From contig JAPDJY010000030.1 in the NCBI GenBank assembly GCA_029258835.1, positions 64,001 through 128,000 of the forward strand: a stretch of 64,000 nt of DNA, written 5' to 3'. Shown one piece after another: positions 59,182-64,000 of the stretch. Under the pieces are notes generated by a model. The model did no database searches and was not told the DNA's origin. It saw nothing but the letters and a program-made list of their open reading frames with translations. The translations under genes were made by a program, and so were the position numbers. The DNA comes from Thermoproteota archaeon. GTDB taxonomy: Archaea; Asgardarchaeota; Jordiarchaeia; Jordiarchaeales; Freyrarchaeaceae. Position 1 is the stretch's first letter, and each line of letters starts with the position of its first letter.

Positions 59182-60616
59182 AGGCGGCCTTCGCCCTGTC
59201 AGCGTCCCTAGCCTTCTGAACTCTCTCCAGCATGCTCAGGAACCCTGCTTTAAGCCCGGCCTCAACGGACATCACAAGGTTCGTCAGATTATTCGTTGCC
59301 TCCTGCCTTGCGACAGACACCACGCTTGGCCCGGTCTCCACGCGCTCCCTTAAGGGAGCAGCCGTCAGCGTGTAAGCTACGTTCGCCACCCTCTTATGGT
59401 CCTTTAAGGGATCCTTCGATATGAACTCGTACTTTGTCACGAACCCTCTCCGCATGAGGTAAAACTCGTAGACGTCTCTCACCGGAGGTTTACCCTTCTC
59501 CTCTCCTCTCTCTATTAAGCAGGTAGAATCCCCGTCCTTTAACACCATAGAAAGGAAGTTGAGGTCGTTGGTTTTCCCCGCGCCCTCCCCTAACACAGGC
59601 CTGCACGCCCTGAAAAATATGTTGTCCATTGATATTGGGCTTACGCCTACTAGGGTGATGTCCCTCTCATTAGCCACCTTAACCATTTCGTAGAATAGCC
59701 TATTGCACTCGTCCTTAAGTTTCACTAAGCTCTTAGACGCGACCAGGAACCCATGGGGCACCAGCGCTCCAAGCCTAAAGTAAACGTCAAACCTGTCACC
59801 GTACTCCTTGAGGAGGGCTATGCTCATCCTGTAATGCTGGATCTCCCTAAGGTATCTTGCAGCGATGCTTCTCCCCGCCTGAAGCAGCTCTGGAAAGTCT
59901 GTTGAAAGCTCAAAGAAGGGGTCCCCCTCCTCGAAGGGCTCCATTCCCTTGAAGGAGTGCAACTCTGGGATCCTCCTCCTAACGGATTTGTCAGGGTTAA
60001 GGATCCCTCTCTCAAAAAACCCTATAAACCCTCCAACGCTTAGGCATACTATCGTTAGTATGGTGAAGTCGTATAGGGCGAAGTTGCGAACCATGTGGGC
60101 TGGAGCCGAACCAGCCACATAAACATTATCCAGTAGAACTTCCTCGGCGAACTTTGGGAGGACAAGCGTCTCCCCTAAAAGCCTAACAGGGAAAACGTGG
60201 CCCTCAATCCTAGTGTTAACCAGCCTGCCCCTTACCTCCTCCCCAGAGATTAGGGGAAAGTCGAGCTTCCTCAGGACACGCTGAACCTTCCTTGAGACCG
60301 GCTCAGCAGCCAGCAGGTGAGCCTGCCTTCCCTCAAAATCCTCAATGAAGATTGTAGACCTAGGCTCAAAAAGGAGCTCGTCGGCAACCTCCCCCACAAA
60401 CCTTTCATTAAGCTTGTACCTACCTGCCCCCTCATAGGACAAAACGTTCAAGCTTAAAAGGTCGTCAAGGTAGTCCTTCACCGCCCTCTCGGTCAAGTCA
60501 ACCTTACCTGCGAGCTTGGCCACATTCACCTCTCCCTCCTCGGCGTGGAGCTCCATGCAAGCGTGAAGGATCATTGTTAGCCTCGCCCTGTAAGTTGACC
60601 CTGTCCTTCCCAACAT
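59171..60616 (-). CDS. wHTH fused to NurA-like domain lacking catalytic aspartates
   Basis: HTH VAKLAGKVDLTERAVKDYL; NurA-like blocks VYVAGS, FRLGAL, LVGVS, DLNFL..VLKDGD, FYL; overlaps herA start; ATG 60616 preferred over track start 60700. Confidence 0.7.
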   Translation of the reverse strand: MLGRTGSTYRARLTMILHACMELHAEEGEVNVAKLAGKVDLTERAVKDYLDDLLSLNVLSYEGAGRYKLNERFVGEVADELLFEPRSTIFIEDFEGRQAHLLAAEPVSRKVQRVLRKLDFPLISGEEVRGRLVNTRIEGHVFPVRLLGETLVLPKFAEEVLLDNVYVAGSAPAHMVRNFALYDFTILTIVCLSVGGFIGFFERGILNPDKSVRRRIPELHSFKGMEPFEEGDPFFELSTDFPELLQAGRSIAARYLREIQHYRMSIALLKEYGDRFDVYFRLGALVPHGFLVASKSLVKLKDECNRLFYEMVKVANERDITLVGVSPISMDNIFFRACRPVLGEGAGKTNDLNFLSMVLKDGDSTCLIERGEEKGKPPVRDVYEFYLMRRGFVTKYEFISKDPLKDHKRVANVAYTLTAAPLRERVETGPSVVSVARQEATNNLTNLVMSVEAGLKAGFLSMLERVQKARDADRAKAAFGE

Positions 60617-60819
60617 TCGCACCCTCAAAAATCTAGAAATAAATTTCCAAAATGTTAATATCAAGTAAGAGATAAAAAGATAGCGAAACACGAAAGCCAC
60701 TTACGATAGCAATTTTCACCCGAGCTACAAGTCAAACACACGCCCTCCCCAGCCACATTTTAAAATACTTCACGGGAAAAGTTATTAATAGCTTAAAGAC
60801 TGGTTGAGAACGTAATGTC

Positions 60820-61190
60820 ATGGACAGGGACAACACTATCCACCTTCTCAAGCTTTTCTTCGAAAGCTTGGAAACGTAGAGTTTGCCGTGGTCTACGACT
60901 CCATTGCACGCGGAAACTCCACCTCTGCGAGTGATGTCGACGTAGCCGTTAAGTTCTGCACCCAAGTCACCTACGATGAAATAGGTGACATAATGCTGAG
61001 TCTGGCAAGCCTGCTAAAAACATGGTAGAGGGCAGGGTGGACTCCTAGTTTTACGGGACGACCTACCAGTAGAACTCTCTTCAAAGTTGCTTACGGTGAT
61101 GTTTTCCTGGCAGGCGACTTAAAGGCTTACAAGAGATTCCGCGAAGACCGTTTCAATCACCTCGACTTTAAGTTTTTCAGGGAAAGTTAA
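60820..61190 (+). pseudogene. Minimal nucleotidyltransferase (MNT antitoxin) pseudogene
   Basis: Frameshifted fragments MDRDNTIHLLKLFFE / VEFAVVYDSIARG...SDVDVAV. Confidence 0.7.
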
Positions 61191-61260
61191 AGCTTCGGAG
61201 GAAAAAATACCTGCATTTTGACAGCTGAGAAAACGGTGGGGTAGAGGTGAACTGGAAGAC

Positions 61261-61684
61261 ATGGTAGAGCACATTGGAACTCGTGTTAAAAGCATAGATT
61301 AGTTACTCCACGAGAAAAAACCACGGGAATAGCGAGTGATTTCATCCTTCTTAATGCAATATTCTTAATGCAATACTGCACAATGCTCCAGACAAGCATC
61401 CAGTCGTTAATTGACTGCTCCTCCCGCCTTCCATCATAGGAGAGAAGCCTCCCAGAACCTACGGTGAAATACCGGAATCCCTCCTAAAACGCAACGTGCC
61501 GTCACAAAGTGAAGCAGCCCTAGCACGAAAAGTAATCGGCTTCAGAAACGTTTTAGTCCACGCATACCTAGACGTAGATGAAAAATTACTTCTAACAATA
61601 CCTGAGCAAAGAAAGTACCTTGACATACTCGACATGGCATTAACACTCCTAAAATACGTGCATGAACATGGAATAGACTTTTAA
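61261..61684 (+). pseudogene. HEPN (DUF86/HepT) toxin pseudogene
   Basis: LQTSIQSLID and PRTYGEI fragments, then GFRNVLVHAY (RX4H); 5' part disrupted. Confidence 0.72.
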
Positions 61685-61903
61685 CCGGACCTAATCAAGT
61701 CCGCCATGCAACTTAGAAGCAATGTTAAAAGCAACGTAAGCAGCCGTCAAACACGGCTTACTTCATGGTGGAGCTGGCGGTGCACGGTAATCCCATAGAA
61801 ACACACGCAACCTATTAAAAATTCTTCTCTCCCAAAGAATTTGAGGCTGCGCTAACTGCGCTTCCTAAATCTACGAAGAATAAGAATCCCTTTTGAAGCA
61901 AGG

Positions 61904-62968
61904 GTGGTTTGCTTGATCCTGGTCAAAACCCCCCTAGGCATGGAGAGAATAGCAGCGTCACGTATTTCTGAGCTGGCTGAAGGCGTGGAAGCAGAAGCTA
62001 AACCTAACGGTTACTCCGGGATAGTTCTAGTTAAGGGCGACCATACGCTAGCCTCTAGGATTAAAAGTGAGGTGCTGGAAGCGGAGAAGGTGATGGTTGC
62101 AGAAGAGGTGGTGGATGCAGCGATCGAACCCATAGTGGATGCAGCGGTCAGGATCGCTAGGGAAAAGCTGGCGGGGGCAGCCAGCTTCGCGGTCAGAACG
62201 ACCAGAAGAGGGTCACATGACTTCACAAGCATAGACGTGAACGTGAAGGTGGGGGCAGCCGTAAAGAACCAACTGGAAGTCCCGGTGGACTTGGAGAACC
62301 CTGACAAAGTATTATTTGTAGAAATAATCGGCAGCCTAGCCCTTGTAGGGGTTATGGACGGGTCGGAACTTTACCGTAAAGGCGGCCCTGGAAAACACCC
62401 TGTCCTCCCATATCTCAGGAAGGCGGCGATTGTTCAGATGCCATACCTAGGGCCTCCAGACGCCACGAAGGAGATGGGTGTCAGGGTGGGCAGAGAAGTG
62501 CAGACCTTCGAGGTCGGAGAGCTGGTTGTAGCATTCATAGGCTCAGTCGACGCGAAAAGCCTCCACCTCTTCCTTAAGGGCGTCTTCGAAGGGATCAGGT
62601 CACGTCTCGAAATCCAGCGGCGCACCTACGCCCATAAGCCACGCAGGGTCCCCGTCTACGTGCAAGACCTTTACCAGCTGGTAAGAGATAGAATAGAGGA
62701 GCCGATCGTGGTCTTCGAACCAGAAGGAAAGCCGGTTTCATCCATAGCCGAAAAACTGGCATCCTTCTTCACGGGGAAAGCGAAGAGGGTTAACCTCCTG
62801 ATAGGGTCACGTGAAGGCATACCAAGCGGCATATTCAGGTTCGCTAACCTAGTAGTCGACCTATGCCCGGGAGTAACCATATCAACAGACTTAGCGGCGG
62901 CATCAGCTCTCACAGCGGTAGCAGCAGCAATAGAAGACCAGCTCCTATCAAAACAAGAAAACACCTAA
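61904..62968 (+). CDS. THUMP + SPOUT RNA methyltransferase
   Basis: SFAVRTTRRG, VDLENPD (THUMP); IGSREGIP...VDL.PG (SPOUT knot). Confidence 0.85.
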   Translation: MVCLILVKTPLGMERIAASRISELAEGVEAEAKPNGYSGIVLVKGDHTLASRIKSEVLEAEKVMVAEEVVDAAIEPIVDAAVRIAREKLAGAASFAVRTTRRGSHDFTSIDVNVKVGAAVKNQLEVPVDLENPDKVLFVEIIGSLALVGVMDGSELYRKGGPGKHPVLPYLRKAAIVQMPYLGPPDATKEMGVRVGREVQTFEVGELVVAFIGSVDAKSLHLFLKGVFEGIRSRLEIQRRTYAHKPRRVPVYVQDLYQLVRDRIEEPIVVFEPEGKPVSSIAEKLASFFTGKAKRVNLLIGSREGIPSGIFRFANLVVDLCPGVTISTDLAAASALTAVAAAIEDQLLSKQENT

Positions 62969-63255
62969 AAACCCGCAACAGGAACGAGAGTAGGTGCCAC
63001 CGTCCAAGCAACCCTCAAAGGCGACGCTTACCTGTTACCGCCTTCAAGCCGCCTTCCCCCTACTCATCTCCATCACCTACTTAACTCTACGTACCTCATC
63101 ACCCTTCTTTTCCACCCATCCTCCCCCTAAACGTTTTAGGGGCCAACGCTCCAATAACTCTCCTTCATCCACCACGAGAACCCGCCAATCATATCACTTA
63201 TATTTGTAAATTTTACATTAGATTAGAGTGATTGGTGGAGGACGAAGGGGGGAAG

Positions 63256-64000
63256 ATGGAAAGGCGTAAAGTAGCCCTCCTCCTGCTCTCAGTTCTACTT
63301 GCCGTCGGGGTGGTCACCCCGTTAGCGGTAAGCATAAGCTCTCCAAGCCTAGCCAGCCCATCACCTGTACACTTCCCTGAAGGGCAAAGTAGGAACGCCG
63401 CACGTGAGAGCGCAGTCACAATAGTGAACTTAACGATCCTCCACACTAACGACATACACTCCCACCTACTGCCATGGCCAGTCGCAGACTATAAGGATGG
63501 GGTTGGAAACGACCAGACCATAGGGGGCATCGCACGTATAGCAACCCTAGTAAGCCAGATAAGAGGTGAGAAGTCGTCCATCGGCGAAGGGGTTCTGCTA
63601 GTCGACGCCGGCGACTTCCTGATGGGGACACCGTTCCAGTGGACGGGCGTCAACTCGTCAAAGAACGTCTCGGCAGAACTCCACATGATGAGCCTAATGG
63701 GGTACGACGTCATATGCTTAGGCAACCACGAGTTCGACTACACGGACCACGGGTTGGCGGCCATCCTTAACAACACGAACTCGAGCGTAACCATGCCTCC
63801 AATCCTGTGCTCCAACCTTGAAATAGTTAACGACACCTACGGATTATCCCGCTTCATAAAAGACAACCTCACGCTCACCGTCACCACGAACGGTAAGACC
63901 GTAAAGGTGGGCTTCTTCTCCGTGATAGGCTACAACGCAAACTCAAGCATAATATTCCAAGAAAACTTCAGAATACTAGACCCGGTCACCGTCGCCAGGG
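63256..64000 (+). CDS. Partial secreted 5'-nucleotidase / metallophosphoesterase (not in ORF track)
   Basis: Signal peptide MERRKVALLLLSVLLAVGVV; ILHTNDIHSH, GGIAR, VDAGD, LGNHEFD; several N-x-S/T sequons. Confidence 0.9.
   Translation, partial: MERRKVALLLLSVLLAVGVVTPLAVSISSPSLASPSPVHFPEGQSRNAARESAVTIVNLTILHTNDIHSHLLPWPVADYKDGVGNDQTIGGIARIATLVSQIRGEKSSIGEGVLLVDAGDFLMGTPFQWTGVNSSKNVSAELHMMSLMGYDVICLGNHEFDYTDHGLAAILNNTNSSVTMPPILCSNLEIVNDTYGLSRFIKDNLTLTVTTNGKTVKVGFFSVIGYNANSSIIFQENFRILDPVTVAR

Noticed and set aside
1-64000. CRISPR array, rRNA, integrase/transposase genes, in-frame Sec/Pyl recoding
   Set aside because: No regularly spaced repeats, rRNA-like tracts, recombinase motifs or read-through candidates were seen by eye

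Overview
This is an archaeal chromosomal window, most likely from a thermophilic Asgard archaeon. That assignment is inferred from roadblock, longin-like and V4R proteins, Topo VI, thermosome, H4MPT-type pterin genes and multi-intron tRNAs. Most of it is housekeeping and metabolism: asnS, top6AB, fatty-acid/CoA enzymes, a 7-gene pterin (methanopterin-type) biosynthesis operon and hsp20-thermosome. There are four tRNAs, three of them with 2-3 BHB introns. The unusual parts are: (i) a 10-12.5 kb hotspot around tRNA-iMet, where strand composition flips abruptly and which contains an inverted att-like copy of the tRNA 3' end flanked by inverted arms, plus a decayed tRNA-Thr split by a 200-bp promoter-bearing TnpB-omegaRNA-like element that recurs at 57.5 kb; (ii) a 42.7-51 kb locus with a 1228-aa carboxylate-amine (GCS2) ligase bearing Ig-like arms, a CDC48-N-domain/vWA fusion lacking an ATPase, a metal-dependent amidohydrolase and a coiled-coil protein, which is a candidate protein-tagging system; (iii) a HerA paired with an apparently catalytically dead wHTH-NurA; (iv) a candidate multi-hairpin ncRNA after asnS. 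All calls are by eye from motifs; no database searches or folding programs were run.
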